A stretch of 64,000 nt of DNA from Gammaproteobacteria bacterium (GTDB lineage: Bacteria > Pseudomonadota > Gammaproteobacteria > SURF-13), in NCBI GenBank assembly GCA_030680605.1, contig JAUXUQ010000010.1:148826-212825 (forward strand), written 5' to 3'. Below the pieces are notes generated by a model. It ran no database searches, had not been told where the DNA came from, and was given only the letters and a program-made list of their open reading frames with translations. Of this stretch, positions 40,539 to 50,728 are shown piece by piece. The position numbers and the translations under genes were made by a program. Numbering within the stretch: the stretch's first letter is position 1; each line of letters starts with the position of its first letter.

Positions 40539-41927
40539 ATGCTCGCCGACCTGATTGCCCGTATTCCGGCCCGTGCCTGGGTTCTGGCCGCCCTGCTGAT
40601 CTGGGGTGGATTGGCCTTGCTGCTGTTGCGGCAGGACGGCTATGGCATCGAGGAGGGGGCGGCGCATGCCCTGTTGCTGAACTGGACGCTGATCGACAGC
40701 GTGGCCAGCCCGGTGTTTACCTTCGGTGTGCCGGATTTTCGCGCCGTGCTGTTCATCCCGGTGGCGGTCTACTGGTCAGGCAGCCTGCTGGCGGCCAAGG
40801 TGTTTACGTTGCTGATCACCTTTGGCGCCGGGCTGCTGTTTTACCGCTGGTGCAGCCGGACGGCGAGCCCGGAGGCCGCCCTGATCGCGACCGGTTTGTG
40901 GTTGATTGCGCCGATCACCCTATATGTCGCAAACAGCCTCGGCGCGGGCATTTATCTGGTGGCGCTGTTTGCACTGGGCGCCTGGCTGGATGAGGCCTAT
41001 CGCGCCGAGCCACGGCCTCTGGGAGGCAAATATTTTGCCCAGATGGTGCTGGCGGCCATCAGCGTGAGCCTGCACCCGGCAGGGCTGGCGCACCCGCTCG
41101 CGCTCGCCCTGCGCTGGCACAAGGCGCCACTCAGCCGCCGGGAGCAGCGGCAGGTTTTTATCGGGCTGGCGGTGGCGGTGGTTGCCGTCGTGCTGGTGCG
41201 CATGGGCTGGTCGGGTCTGGCGTGGTGGAGTAATCTGCTCCCCGTGTTGTCGGGGCTGCTCACTACGCCCGGCACCACCGTGGGCGATGCGGCGTACTGG
41301 CTGGGTTTTGTGGCGGGCGTACTGACCGTGTGGGTGCTGTGGGTGAAGCGCACGGCCTGGCTGCATGACACCACCGGTCTGATGCTGGTGCTGGGATTGG
41401 TGCTGGGGCTGAGTGCGACGGACAATACCTGGGCGCTGCTCGCGCTCACTGCCGTGATTTACTACGGCGTGCCGCAACTGATTGCGCTGAACAGCGCCTG
41501 GGGCGGTGACGGGCTGTGGCGTCAGCGCGGCGGGGTGTTGCTGCTGGTGATCGTCGTGGCCACGCTGTTCATGAGTCAGGACCGGCAACAGGCAGCGTAT
41601 GCCCGCGCTGCCCCGCTGGCGGCGCAGGATCGCTTGTTGCAGGCGCTGGTACTGGAGGCGGGAGATGAAAAACAGCCGTTTCGGGTAGCGAGTCAATGGC
41701 CGGCGCGCACCATGCTGGTCACCCGCCGCGATGCCTTGCCGCTACCCCCGGCGGCCAAAGACAGCGTGGCACAGTTACAGATGCTGTCCGGGGTGACCCA
41801 CCTGGTGTTTGATCCCTACCGGGTGGAGCGTGCCCTGGCGCGTAATCTTTCCGAACTGGGCGCCGAGATCGAAACCGTGGTGCGGCAGGAGGGTGGCGTG
41901 ATACTCAAGGTGCGCACGGCTGACTAG
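40539..41927 (+). CDS. Hypothetical polytopic membrane protein with a C-terminal soluble domain (possibly GT39/ArnT-like topology)
   Basis: At least 8 predicted TM helices in the first ~330 aa, then a ~130-aa hydrophilic tail. Strong SD 'GGAAGGAAAC' before ATG 40539. Confidence 0.5.
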   Translation: MLADLIARIPARAWVLAALLIWGGLALLLLRQDGYGIEEGAAHALLLNWTLIDSVASPVFTFGVPDFRAVLFIPVAVYWSGSLLAAKVFTLLITFGAGLLFYRWCSRTASPEAALIATGLWLIAPITLYVANSLGAGIYLVALFALGAWLDEAYRAEPRPLGGKYFAQMVLAAISVSLHPAGLAHPLALALRWHKAPLSRREQRQVFIGLAVAVVAVVLVRMGWSGLAWWSNLLPVLSGLLTTPGTTVGDAAYWLGFVAGVLTVWVLWVKRTAWLHDTTGLMLVLGLVLGLSATDNTWALLALTAVIYYGVPQLIALNSAWGGDGLWRQRGGVLLLVIVVATLFMSQDRQQAAYARAAPLAAQDRLLQALVLEAGDEKQPFRVASQWPARTMLVTRRDALPLPPAAKDSVAQLQMLSGVTHLVFDPYRVERALARNLSELGAEIETVVRQEGGVILKVRTAD

Positions 41928-42373
41928 GGCAGCGGTGCCTTGGGTACGTTGTCCAGCATGCTCTTTTCGCGTTGATACACCAGCACCGAGCCGATGCGCA
42001 GTGCGCCCAGCACAAACAGCAGCGCGCTCAGGGCATAGATCTCATCCGTGGTGATCTGGTGCTCAAACAGCTTGATCATGATCTCGCGCAACACAAACAC
42101 GATGCCGGCGTCGACGATGAACGTCATGCGCAGGCGCCGGGTGGTGAAGTAATCCACCAGCGAGCGTGACAACTCAATCAGAATGAACAGCGTGAGTACG
42201 TCCGAGATGATGCGCTGATATTCCCGCGCCAGATCATTGGTACCGATCAAATCGCCCAGGTTGAGAAACAGCATGCCCACGCCGATGATGATGCCGAGGG
42301 TAATGAAGGCCAGCATCACGCCAAGCACCAGGCCGGTGATGACATTGAAAATTTTGAAGAAGTCCATTTTCAT
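41924..42373 (-). CDS. psiE: Phosphate-starvation-inducible protein PsiE family
   Basis: 149-aa 4-TM protein with the family-typical 'ALRIGSVLVYQRE' C-terminal region. Confidence 0.65.
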   Translation of the reverse strand: MKMDFFKIFNVITGLVLGVMLAFITLGIIIGVGMLFLNLGDLIGTNDLAREYQRIISDVLTLFILIELSRSLVDYFTTRRLRMTFIVDAGIVFVLREIMIKLFEHQITTDEIYALSALLFVLGALRIGSVLVYQREKSMLDNVPKAPLP

Positions 42374-42978
42374 CGGGAAAGGCTGATTCTGGCTTCCGTG
42401 CCGCTGAGCAGGTTGCGGATATTACCCTGATGCCGCCACAACAAAAAGGTGGTCATGACAACTGCCACCAGCATAAACTCGGCCGGGGCGCCGATCCAGT
42501 GCATATACAAGGGTGCCAGAAAAGCTGTCGTGAGGGCTGCGAGTGACGAATAGCGCGTCAGCAGGGCGATGACAAGCCAGGTGAGTATGGCGCCACCGCC
42601 TACCCACCAAGTGAGTCCGAGCAGCACGCCGAGGAAGGTGGCCACGCCCTTGCCGCCGCGAAAACCAAAAAATACCGGATACAGATGGCCGAGAAAGGCG
42701 GCCAGAGCCACCGCGGCCAGCGCCAGTGACGGCAGCCCCAGATATTTTGCAATCAACACCGGCATCAGACCCTTAAGCGTGTCGCCGAGCAACGTCAGTG
42801 CTGCCGCCCGCTTGCCCGCCAGGCGCAGCACATTGGTGGCGCCCGGATTGCCGGAGCCATTGACGCGTGGGTCGGGCTGGCCTAAAAGTTTGCTTACCAG
42901 AATCGCACTCGAGACCGAGCCTGCAAGATAGGCTGCAACGAGCAGGGTAACAGTAATAATTGCAGGTACGCTGTCCAT
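42370..42978 (-). CDS. plsY: Glycerol-3-phosphate acyltransferase PlsY
   Basis: 'GSGNPGATNVLRLAGKRAAALTLLGDTLKG' and 'FGFRGGKGVATFLG' motifs. Start taken at the internal Met 'MDSVPAIITV'. Confidence 0.88.
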   Translation of the reverse strand: MDSVPAIITVTLLVAAYLAGSVSSAILVSKLLGQPDPRVNGSGNPGATNVLRLAGKRAAALTLLGDTLKGLMPVLIAKYLGLPSLALAAVALAAFLGHLYPVFFGFRGGKGVATFLGVLLGLTWWVGGGAILTWLVIALLTRYSSLAALTTAFLAPLYMHWIGAPAEFMLVAVVMTTFLLWRHQGNIRNLLSGTEARISLSR

Positions 42979-43078
42979 GGTGCGCCCATTGGAACCGGTT
43001 GCGCGTTCCGGGTCAAGCCCGGCAACGGCCATGCACGTTTTTTTTCGCACAAAACGCACGTGCCAGACGGAGAAAAAC

Positions 43079-43513
43079 ATGCTTCGAATCGAGTTCATGT
43101 TGTTGATCTACGCGTTTCTCGTCAACCTCCTGTGGGAGATGCTGCAGATGCCGCTGTTTACGTATCCTGTCACGGTAACTGTGTGGCAGGCCAGCCTGGA
43201 ATGCGCGCAGGTGTCGGCGGGCGATGCGCTGATGCTGCTGGTGTCGTTCTGGGGGGTCGCGCTGGTGCGGCAGAGCCGGCGCTGGATACTCCAGCCCACG
43301 GCCGGTGCGCTGGCCCTGTTTCTTGTGCCGGGCCTGGTCATGACGGTAGTATTTGAGGCGCTTGCCACGGGATCATGGAGCCGGTGGGAGTATTCCGCCG
43401 TCATGCCGGTGTTGCCAATTACAGGAACTGGTCTTGCGCCGTTGCTGCAGTGGTTGCTGTTGCCGCTGTTGATTGCGTGGCTGGTGCGGTGCTGGCCAGC
43501 TGGCGTAAGATGA
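43079..43513 (+). CDS. Hypothetical small (144 aa) 4-TM membrane protein
   Basis: SD GGAGA lies 8 nt before ATG 43079. Hydrophobic and Trp-rich. No family recognised. Confidence 0.4.
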   Translation: MLRIEFMLLIYAFLVNLLWEMLQMPLFTYPVTVTVWQASLECAQVSAGDALMLLVSFWGVALVRQSRRWILQPTAGALALFLVPGLVMTVVFEALATGSWSRWEYSAVMPVLPITGTGLAPLLQWLLLPLLIAWLVRCWPAGVR

Positions 43514-43615
43514 GTCGCGGGCAGCAGTTGTTGCGCCGTGAGTGATTTCATTCCTGCGCCTGTCCGTATACACTCACGCGGTTCCTGCCACTCACTCATC
43601 CTGATCGCCTGCCCT

Positions 43616-43972
43616 ATGGATATTATCTACCTGCACGACCTGAAGATCGACGCGGTTATCGGCATCTTCGACTGGGAGCGGCGCGTCAAGCAGACCATTA
43701 CCCTCGGTCTCGACATGGCGGCGGATATCCGCACGGCGGCGGCGAGCGACAGCATCGCGGACACGCTTGATTACAAGGCGGTGTCGAAGCGGTTGATCGA
43801 TTTTGTCGGCCACAGCGAGTTCCATCTGGTGGAGACGATAGCGGAGCGCGTGGCGGAAATTGTACTCACCGAGTTTAACGTCGCCTGGGTGCGCGTGCGC
43901 GTGAACAAGAAGGGCGCGGTGCGGGGTGCGATGGACGTGGGCGTGATTATCGAGCGTGGTGAGCGTCCATGA
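43616..43972 (+). CDS. folB: Dihydroneopterin aldolase
   Basis: 'MDIIYLHDLKIDAVIGIFDWER' is a typical FolB N-terminus. Followed by folK. Confidence 0.88.
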   Translation: MDIIYLHDLKIDAVIGIFDWERRVKQTITLGLDMAADIRTAAASDSIADTLDYKAVSKRLIDFVGHSEFHLVETIAERVAEIVLTEFNVAWVRVRVNKKGAVRGAMDVGVIIERGERP

Positions 43973-44481
43973 CGCGCGTCTACGTAAGCATGGGCAGCAA
44001 CATCGAGCGCGAGCGCAATACCCGCGCCGGCCTTGCCGCATTGCGCGAACACTATGGCCCGCTCACCGTGTCGTCCGTCTACGACAGCAAGGCGGTGGGC
44101 TTTGCGGGCGATGACTTTTACAATCTGGTGGTGGGGTTCGATACCGCCGAGGACGTGCACGCGGTGGCGCACACGCTGGAGCGCATCGAACACGAGCACG
44201 GCCGCGCACGCGGTGCCGCGCGCTTCAATTCGCGCACCCTCGACCTTGATCTCCTGCTCTACGGCGACCTCGTGCTGCACGAGCCCGGCCTGAAGCTGCC
44301 GCGCCCGGAGATTTTGAGATATGCCTTTGTGTTATGGCCGCTGGCAGAGATCGCCGGCCAGTGGCGTCACCCGCAGGATGGGCAGACGTATCAGGAGTTG
44401 TGGCAGCGCTTCGATAAAGGCCAGCAGAAACTCGTGCGGGTGGATTTTCCTGCCGACCTCGATGTTGCGGCAAACAGTTAG
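43969..44481 (+). CDS. folK: 2-amino-4-hydroxy-6-hydroxymethyldihydropteridine pyrophosphokinase
   Basis: 'MTRVYVSMGSNIERERN' and 'RTLDLDLLLYGD' HPPK motifs. The ATGA start overlaps the folB stop. Confidence 0.9.
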   Translation: MTRVYVSMGSNIERERNTRAGLAALREHYGPLTVSSVYDSKAVGFAGDDFYNLVVGFDTAEDVHAVAHTLERIEHEHGRARGAARFNSRTLDLDLLLYGDLVLHEPGLKLPRPEILRYAFVLWPLAEIAGQWRHPQDGQTYQELWQRFDKGQQKLVRVDFPADLDVAANS

Positions 44482-45230
44482 GCGTTGATGGAGCGTCCGC
44501 CATCTACGGTAATCACCTGACCGGTGATGTAGCCTGCATCACGGATCAGAAACAGCACCGCGCGCGCGATGTCGCCAGGCTGGCCTTGATGCTTGAGCAG
44601 CGTGCGCGAAATGATGCGTTGCTGAGTGACCTGGTCCAGTGCTTCCGGCCACAGAATGGCGCCGGGCGCGACAGCGTTCACGCGCACGTGAGGCGCGAGT
44701 TCGCAGGCCAGCGCCTTGGTCAGCATCACCAGCCCGGCCTTGGCCGTGCTGTAGACGGGGTAGGTCTTGAGCGGACGGTCGGCGTGGATGTCGACGATAT
44801 TGATGATGCATCCGCTGGATTCGCCGAGCGCGCGCGCGGCGGCCTGTGCCGCAAAAAACGGCGCGCGCAGATTGCTGCCCATGATCTCATTCCAGTGCTC
44901 ATCATTTACTGAGCCGATCGGGGTCGGATAAAAACTGGAGGCGTTGTTGATCAGCACATCGAGCCTGTTCCAGGCCTGGATGGAGTTCTGTACCATGCGG
45001 GCTACCTTCGCGTTGTCGAGCAGGTCGGCCTGTACGAGTACCACGGAGTCGGCGCGCCGGGCGTTGAGTTTTTGCTGGAGAGCATGTGCTGCCTGTTTCG
45101 ATCGGCGGTAATGCAATACCAGATTCAGGCCCTCGGCATGCAGTGCTTCAGCGATGGCCGCGCCGATGCGCTGCGCTGCGCCGGTGATGAGCGCCACTTT
45201 CCCGTTCAGCGGGTTTGTATTATTCTGCAT
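44478..45230 (-). CDS. SDR-family oxidoreductase, pteridine-reductase-like (FolM/PTR1-like)
   Basis: 'GKVALITGAAQRIGAAI' and the YxxxK motif 'YSTAKAGLVMLTK'. Converges with folK. Confidence 0.65.
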   Translation of the reverse strand: MQNNTNPLNGKVALITGAAQRIGAAIAEALHAEGLNLVLHYRRSKQAAHALQQKLNARRADSVVLVQADLLDNAKVARMVQNSIQAWNRLDVLINNASSFYPTPIGSVNDEHWNEIMGSNLRAPFFAAQAAARALGESSGCIINIVDIHADRPLKTYPVYSTAKAGLVMLTKALACELAPHVRVNAVAPGAILWPEALDQVTQQRIISRTLLKHQGQPGDIARAVLFLIRDAGYITGQVITVDGGRSINA

Positions 45231-45303
45231 GATACCCCTTGCCGTCTTTCTGTTGCATGCGGCTAGCGTAACCTAAAATGTTTCCGCATAAAATCACTTC
45301 CGA

Positions 45304-46491
45304 ATGAACATGGCACCGAGAGACCTGCCCACACCGGATGCGTCCGAGGCGGCGCACAGCGAACGTTTGCAGCAGATGATCCGCCACGAGATCGAGCAGG
45401 CAGGCGGGCGCATGACCTTCGCGCGCTATATGGAGCTTGCGCTCTACGCCCCCGGCCTTGGCTATTACAGCGCAGGCTTTCAGAAATTCGGGGCAGGCGG
45501 TGATTTCACCACTGCGCCAGAGATATCAGCCCTGTTTGCCTGTTGTATTGCACGCCAGTGCCAGCAGGTGCTGAGGCAGGTGCCGGAGAGTGACATTCTC
45601 GAAGTCGGTGCGGGTTCCGGTGCGATGGCGTGTGATGTGTTGATCGAGTGCGAGCGCTTGGGCTGTCTGCCACGACAATACCTGATTCTTGAGCTCAGCG
45701 CCGAACTGCGTGCACGGCAACAGGTCAGGCTGGAGCAATGTGTGCCTCACCTGATGCAGCGGGTGCGCTGGCTGGATGGGCTGCCGCAGCCGGGATTCCG
45801 CGGTGTGGTGCTGGCAAACGAAGTGCTGGATGCGATGCCGGTACACCGCTTTCGCCTCGATGAGGGTGTTGTCAGTGAGCGCCTTGTCGGGCATGAAGCC
45901 GGACGCTTTGTGTGGCGCCATGGACCGGTAAGTGATGCTGAGCTGGCCGCGTATATCGATACCCTGTTGCCTGCTATGCAGGGTGCGCCGACAGTGCTGG
46001 AGTCAGAGGCAGGCGTTATGGTGTCTGCGTGGATTAGCAGTGTGGCGCAGGTGATCGAGCAAGGCCTGCTGCTGTTGATTGATTACGGTTATCCTCGTCA
46101 CGAGTTTTACCACCCGCAGCGTGTGCAGGGCACACTGCAATGCCACTATCGCCACCATGCGCATGCTGATCCCTTCCGCTACCCCGGCTTGCAGGATATT
46201 ACCGCGCACGTGGATTTTACCGCCGTGGCCGAGGCCGGTCATGGGGCTGGCCTCGATGTGGCTGGCTACACCAGTCAGGCATTTTTTCTGCTGGCGTGTG
46301 GATTGATGGACAGGGTGGGCGAGATGGGTGGTGCAGGCAGTACGGCGGAGCAACTGGCGCTGATGCAGCAGGTCAAGCGACTGACCCTGCCGGATGAGAT
46401 GGGTGAGCTATTCAAGGTGATCGCGCTCACGCGCGGTATCGATACTCCGCTGCTCGGATTTTCAATGCGGGACAATCGCGGCAAGTTGTAA
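45304..46491 (+). CDS. Class I SAM-dependent methyltransferase, MidA/NDUFAF7-like (DUF185)
   Basis: 'ILEVGAGSGAMACDVL' SAM motif with a MidA-like C-terminal region. Confidence 0.65.
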   Translation: MNMAPRDLPTPDASEAAHSERLQQMIRHEIEQAGGRMTFARYMELALYAPGLGYYSAGFQKFGAGGDFTTAPEISALFACCIARQCQQVLRQVPESDILEVGAGSGAMACDVLIECERLGCLPRQYLILELSAELRARQQVRLEQCVPHLMQRVRWLDGLPQPGFRGVVLANEVLDAMPVHRFRLDEGVVSERLVGHEAGRFVWRHGPVSDAELAAYIDTLLPAMQGAPTVLESEAGVMVSAWISSVAQVIEQGLLLLIDYGYPRHEFYHPQRVQGTLQCHYRHHAHADPFRYPGLQDITAHVDFTAVAEAGHGAGLDVAGYTSQAFFLLACGLMDRVGEMGGAGSTAEQLALMQQVKRLTLPDEMGELFKVIALTRGIDTPLLGFSMRDNRGKL

Positions 46492-46495
46492 CGTG

Positions 46496-47704
46496 TCAGG
46501 TTAGCGCCCGTATCGCCTCAATGCGCAGTTGCCGCAGTTGTCGGGCAATGGCCTCGCCCTTGAGGCCGGACGCCGCAAGCGGCTGCGGATCAATACTGGC
46601 GTAGGCGTCGCGTGCCTGGCGGAAGACATCTGCCTGCGGGTAGGGTGCGTCTTCGTAGCCGGTGCGACCGCGTGCGTCGGCCTCACACGCCAGCAGAAAC
46701 TGCTCAAAGCGCTCCGGGCGCCTGGTGGCATCCAGTGCTTCCAGTTTTTCCAGCAAGGTATCAGGCCGCAGTTCTGCCGCCCGATGACAGTCACCGTGAT
46801 AACGGGCGACGAGTACGGCAAGGTCACGATAGTCATTCGGAACCCGGAACCGTGTACAGATGTCCTGTGCCAGCTCCACGCTGCGTGCTTCGTGACCGAT
46901 ATGCCTTGGCCACTGCTCCTGGGGTGTGGTGCCCTTTCCAAGATCGTGCATCAGCACGGCGAAGCGCACGCGCGGGTCGGGCGACAGCCGCGTAGCCTGC
47001 TCCAGCACCATCATGGTGTGCAGGCCGGTATCAATTTCCGGGTGGTGGTTTTGCGGCTGAGGCACGCCGTAAAGACGCGCGATTTCGGGTAATAATCTTT
47101 GCAGTGCGCCGCAGGCACGCAACACCTCAAAAAACCGGGTGGGGGTTTTCTCTGCCAGCGCGCGCTCAAGTTCCACCCACACACGTTCGGGTACCAGCGC
47201 ACCCACCTCGCCGTTGTCAACCATTGTGCGCATGAGTGCCTGCGTTTCATCAGCCACGCGAAATCCGGCGAAGCGGGCGGCAAAGCGGGCAACACGCAGG
47301 ATGCGCACCGGGTCTTCAGAAAATGCGGGCGACACGTGGCGCAGGATTTTGTTTTTGATGTCGGTCACGCCGTTGAAGGGATCGGTGAGGTGGCCGTGCT
47401 CATCCATGGCGATGGCATTAATGGTGAGGTCGCGTCGCTTGAGGTCATCCTCCAGTGTTACGTCGGGTGCTGCATGCACGGCAAATCCCTTGTAGCCAGG
47501 TGCAGTCTTGCGCTCGGTGCGCGCGAGTGCGTATTCCTCGTGTGTTTCGGGATGCAGGAATACAGGGAAATCCGCGCCGACCAGTTTAAAGCCCCGGGTT
47601 AGCATTTCTGCGGGTGTGGCGCCGACCACCACCCAGTCGCGATCCTGCACCGGCAGGCCCAGCAGCTTGTCGCGTACCGCGCCGCCCACCTGGTAGATAT
47701 GCAC
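46496..47704 (-). CDS. cca: Multifunctional CCA tRNA nucleotidyltransferase (with an HD phosphohydrolase domain)
   Basis: GTG start giving '(M)[27 protein letters not shown]' and an HD motif 'HDLGK'. Confidence 0.88.
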   Translation of the reverse strand: MHIYQVGGAVRDKLLGLPVQDRDWVVVGATPAEMLTRGFKLVGADFPVFLHPETHEEYALARTERKTAPGYKGFAVHAAPDVTLEDDLKRRDLTINAIAMDEHGHLTDPFNGVTDIKNKILRHVSPAFSEDPVRILRVARFAARFAGFRVADETQALMRTMVDNGEVGALVPERVWVELERALAEKTPTRFFEVLRACGALQRLLPEIARLYGVPQPQNHHPEIDTGLHTMMVLEQATRLSPDPRVRFAVLMHDLGKGTTPQEQWPRHIGHEARSVELAQDICTRFRVPNDYRDLAVLVARYHGDCHRAAELRPDTLLEKLEALDATRRPERFEQFLLACEADARGRTGYEDAPYPQADVFRQARDAYASIDPQPLAASGLKGEAIARQLRQLRIEAIRALT

Positions 47705-47709
47705 GGCGT

Positions 47710-48670
47710 CTAATCCCGGTTGGCGTGAGTGCGGTAGCCGGGGTAGCGCGTCCTGACTCCGCGCGGCGCGAGATAGTCCGGTACGATAAACTCCAGCGGC
47801 GTGGGTGTGATGCCGAAGATGGCCGGGAAGTCGTGGTGACACAGACTGTCAACCTGCAGGGAGAGGTAGTTATCGCGCGAAAACGGTTTGCCCGGCAGAT
47901 ACTCGAAGGCAGCGGCCTGCAGGCGCGACAACCTGTCGTTGAGCCCAAGTATCCGGCGTTTTATGCCAAGTACGCGGGCGGTATATTCAACCAGTTGCTG
48001 GAGCGTGTATGTTCGCGGGCCGCACAGGTTATAGCGCTTGCCGACGGTGTGGAAGTCCGGCAGGGCGCGCACCAGGGTCTCAACCACATCTTCGACATAC
48101 ACCGGTGCAAAACGCGCCTGCGGGCAGGCCAGTGGCAGGATGAAGGGAATCCGCCGCAGCAGATTGGCGAAGCGGTTGATGAAGCTGTCACCCGGGCCGA
48201 AGATGACTGAAGGACGAAAGCTGGTGACTCGCAGGTCAGGTGCGGTATGCAGCAAATCCTCGCCCTCACCCTTGGTGCGCAAGTAATGGCTGGGTGCAGT
48301 GCGGGCGCGAGCATTAAGCGCGCTCATGTGCAGCACGCGCTCGATGCCTGAAGCGAGACAGGCACGCACGATTTTATCCGGAAGATCGACGTGCGGCGCA
48401 CGAAATCCGCTGCCATCATGGCCTTTTTCATTAAGAATGCCGATCAGGTTGATAACCGCATCACAGCCGGTGAATTGTTCGGCCAGTGTGCGCAGGTTAT
48501 GAATGTCTGCCTCGACGAGGTCAAGCGCAGGCAGGATGAGCAGGTCGCGATGGCATTCGCGCCGACGCGTCAGGATACGCACGCGATAGCCGTCCTCCAC
48601 CAGTCGGTGGGCAAGGTGGTGTCCAACGAATCCCGTACCACCCAGGACACAAATCGTTTTCTCGCGCACG
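47710..48670 (-). CDS. NAD(P)H-binding epimerase/dehydratase-family protein (NDUFA9/complex-I-associated-like)
   Basis: '[25 protein letters not shown]' Rossmann motif. GTG start inferred at 48670. Confidence 0.7.
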
Positions 48671-48703
48671 TGGATAACCCCGGCAGTAGGTAGTATGGAG
48701 CGA

Positions 48704-50686
48704 CTATTCGCCGTACGCTGGAACGTCCGGCATACGCTCACGCAGGGGTACGATAGCACGCCCAAGGCGGTGGCCGAAGATGGCGCTGTAAGCCATCACC
48801 TGCTGGACGTAATTGCGCGTCTCCGTGAACGGAATATTCTCCACCCAGATATCGGCCTTTTGTGTGCTATCCGGCAGCCATTGCCTGATGCGTGACGGGC
48901 CGGCATTGTAAGATGCCGTCGCCAGGGCCTGGTGATCATTGTTTTTGTCCAGCACATGGCGTAGATAGGCACTGCCGACTTGAATGTTTTTGTCGATTTC
49001 GAGCAGGTCGTTGATGTGGCGGAGGGGGGAGTTCAGCAGTTTTGCCGTCTGCTTGCCGGTGGCTGGCATGAGTTGCATGAGCCCGAGTGCGCCTGCGCTG
49101 GAGCGTGCATCCGGCATAAAGGCGCTTTCCTGCCGTATGACGCCATAGATCCAGGCAGGATCGAGACCCTGCTGTTCTGCACTGGCCAGCACCTGGTCGC
49201 GAAATGCCGTAGGAAAGCGTAACTCGAGGTCATCATTGTGTTCGGCCTTGGCCAGGGTGAAGATACTGCGGTCATGCCAGCCCCAGCGGCTGGCAATTAC
49301 GGCGGCGAGTTGCCGCTCACGTTCACCCATCGCTGCTGTGACATAGTCCCACTCGCGCCGCGCGCTCGGGATCAGATCCAGCTGGTAGAGTTCCCGGCAG
49401 CGCATGATTCCCGGGAGTGTGCTCACTTTGCCCAGTTCGGCCTCGGTGAGCTCGATAGGCCGGTCATTGAATACATAAGGTTGCTGCAGACGGTCAGCGG
49501 CGAGAAACCCATAGTAGCTGCGTTTCTGCGCCAGAGAGGTATACAGCTGTTCCGGGTTGGCGTGTGGCCCGACGCCTGCCGTGGCGGATCCGGCCTGCTC
49601 CAGAGCGCGTGCGCGCCAGTAGCGCCATTGTTCGTCTTCGCGCTCTGCGGGCGTCAGGGCGTCAAGCGCGGCCAGTCCTGCTCGCCAGTCCTGCCTGGCG
49701 AGCGCGGCCCGTACGCGCCACTGACGCACACGCTCATCGGCCTGATCGGGGTTGATGGCTGCCAGCCAATCCAGCGCCTGTGGCAGGCGTTGCAGTGCGG
49801 CAGAAACGGCAATATCGCGTTCGGTGACACCGATTTCTTCCGGGCTGAAGGTATATCCAGACTTGATGCGCTGCCAGTGTACGGCGGCTTGGGCCGCATC
49901 AGTGCGCGCCAGCCGCTTGACGCCGTGACGCACGATGTCACGGGCCTTGGGTGTGTCGCGCTTGAAGTCGGCGTGTACAAGCATGTCCCCGGGATTGTTG
50001 TGCATGCGCTGAAAGCGCTGTACCCACTGTCGCTCGTCCGCGCCCAGCTCCTTGGCGAGCAGGTCGGCGAAATCCGTCTGGCGGTTGTCCATGGCGAGGC
50101 GGATACGCTGCCACGACAGATCGGGTGTGAGGTGTCCTGCCGCACGCCACAGCTTGAACACACCATCACACTCGCCCGGCTGCGATTTGCCTGTCAGCCA
50201 CAACTCCTGCACCTCTGCAAACCAGCCGGGCGGTACAGGCGGGCCCTCGTGGGCGCGGTAACGTGCCAGTAACTCATAACAGCGCAGCGCCACACCTTGT
50301 TCATTGGGATAAGGGCGATACTCCTGCAGATAGGTCTGCCACTGTTTGGCGCTGATGAGGGCGGAGAGCCAGGCCGCACGTAACCGGCTGCTTACCGCCG
50401 AGTCACTGTAGCGGCTGAGGAAGTCGCGTATTTCGCCTTCCGGAACATCCGCAATCCGCTGGCGCAACTCGTCGTAGCGCAAATAGGGGTACAGGGGATA
50501 ATCGCGCAACTGGTCGGCCAGGCGCTGATAGGTCTTCATGTCGCCCTTGTCCAGGGCCTGACGTGCCGCGAGAAAGCCGGAGCGCTGCTGTTCCAGCGTG
50601 TTCGCGCCGTCAGCATGTGCTGATGTCCAGATGAACGGGGTGATACACAACAATAAGGCGGGCAGGCTGCGGCAGCATAATCTCAT
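48704..50686 (-). CDS. slt: Soluble lytic murein transglycosylase (Slt70-like)
   Basis: Signal peptide, superhelical repeats, and the catalytic 'ESAFMPDARSSAGALGLMQLMPATG' motif. Confidence 0.88.
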   Translation of the reverse strand: MRLCCRSLPALLLCITPFIWTSAHADGANTLEQQRSGFLAARQALDKGDMKTYQRLADQLRDYPLYPYLRYDELRQRIADVPEGEIRDFLSRYSDSAVSSRLRAAWLSALISAKQWQTYLQEYRPYPNEQGVALRCYELLARYRAHEGPPVPPGWFAEVQELWLTGKSQPGECDGVFKLWRAAGHLTPDLSWQRIRLAMDNRQTDFADLLAKELGADERQWVQRFQRMHNNPGDMLVHADFKRDTPKARDIVRHGVKRLARTDAAQAAVHWQRIKSGYTFSPEEIGVTERDIAVSAALQRLPQALDWLAAINPDQADERVRQWRVRAALARQDWRAGLAALDALTPAEREDEQWRYWRARALEQAGSATAGVGPHANPEQLYTSLAQKRSYYGFLAADRLQQPYVFNDRPIELTEAELGKVSTLPGIMRCRELYQLDLIPSARREWDYVTAAMGERERQLAAVIASRWGWHDRSIFTLAKAEHNDDLELRFPTAFRDQVLASAEQQGLDPAWIYGVIRQESAFMPDARSSAGALGLMQLMPATGKQTAKLLNSPLRHINDLLEIDKNIQVGSAYLRHVLDKNNDHQALATASYNAGPSRIRQWLPDSTQKADIWVENIPFTETRNYVQQVMAYSAIFGHRLGRAIVPLRERMPDVPAYGE

Positions 50687-50728
50687 GGCGCTATACTAGC
50701 GCTAACAAGCACTCTGGGGAACCCGGTA

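Noticed and set aside
49238-50272. 344-aa plus-strand ORF antisense to slt
   Set aside because: Shadow ORF inside a conserved lytic transglycosylase gene.
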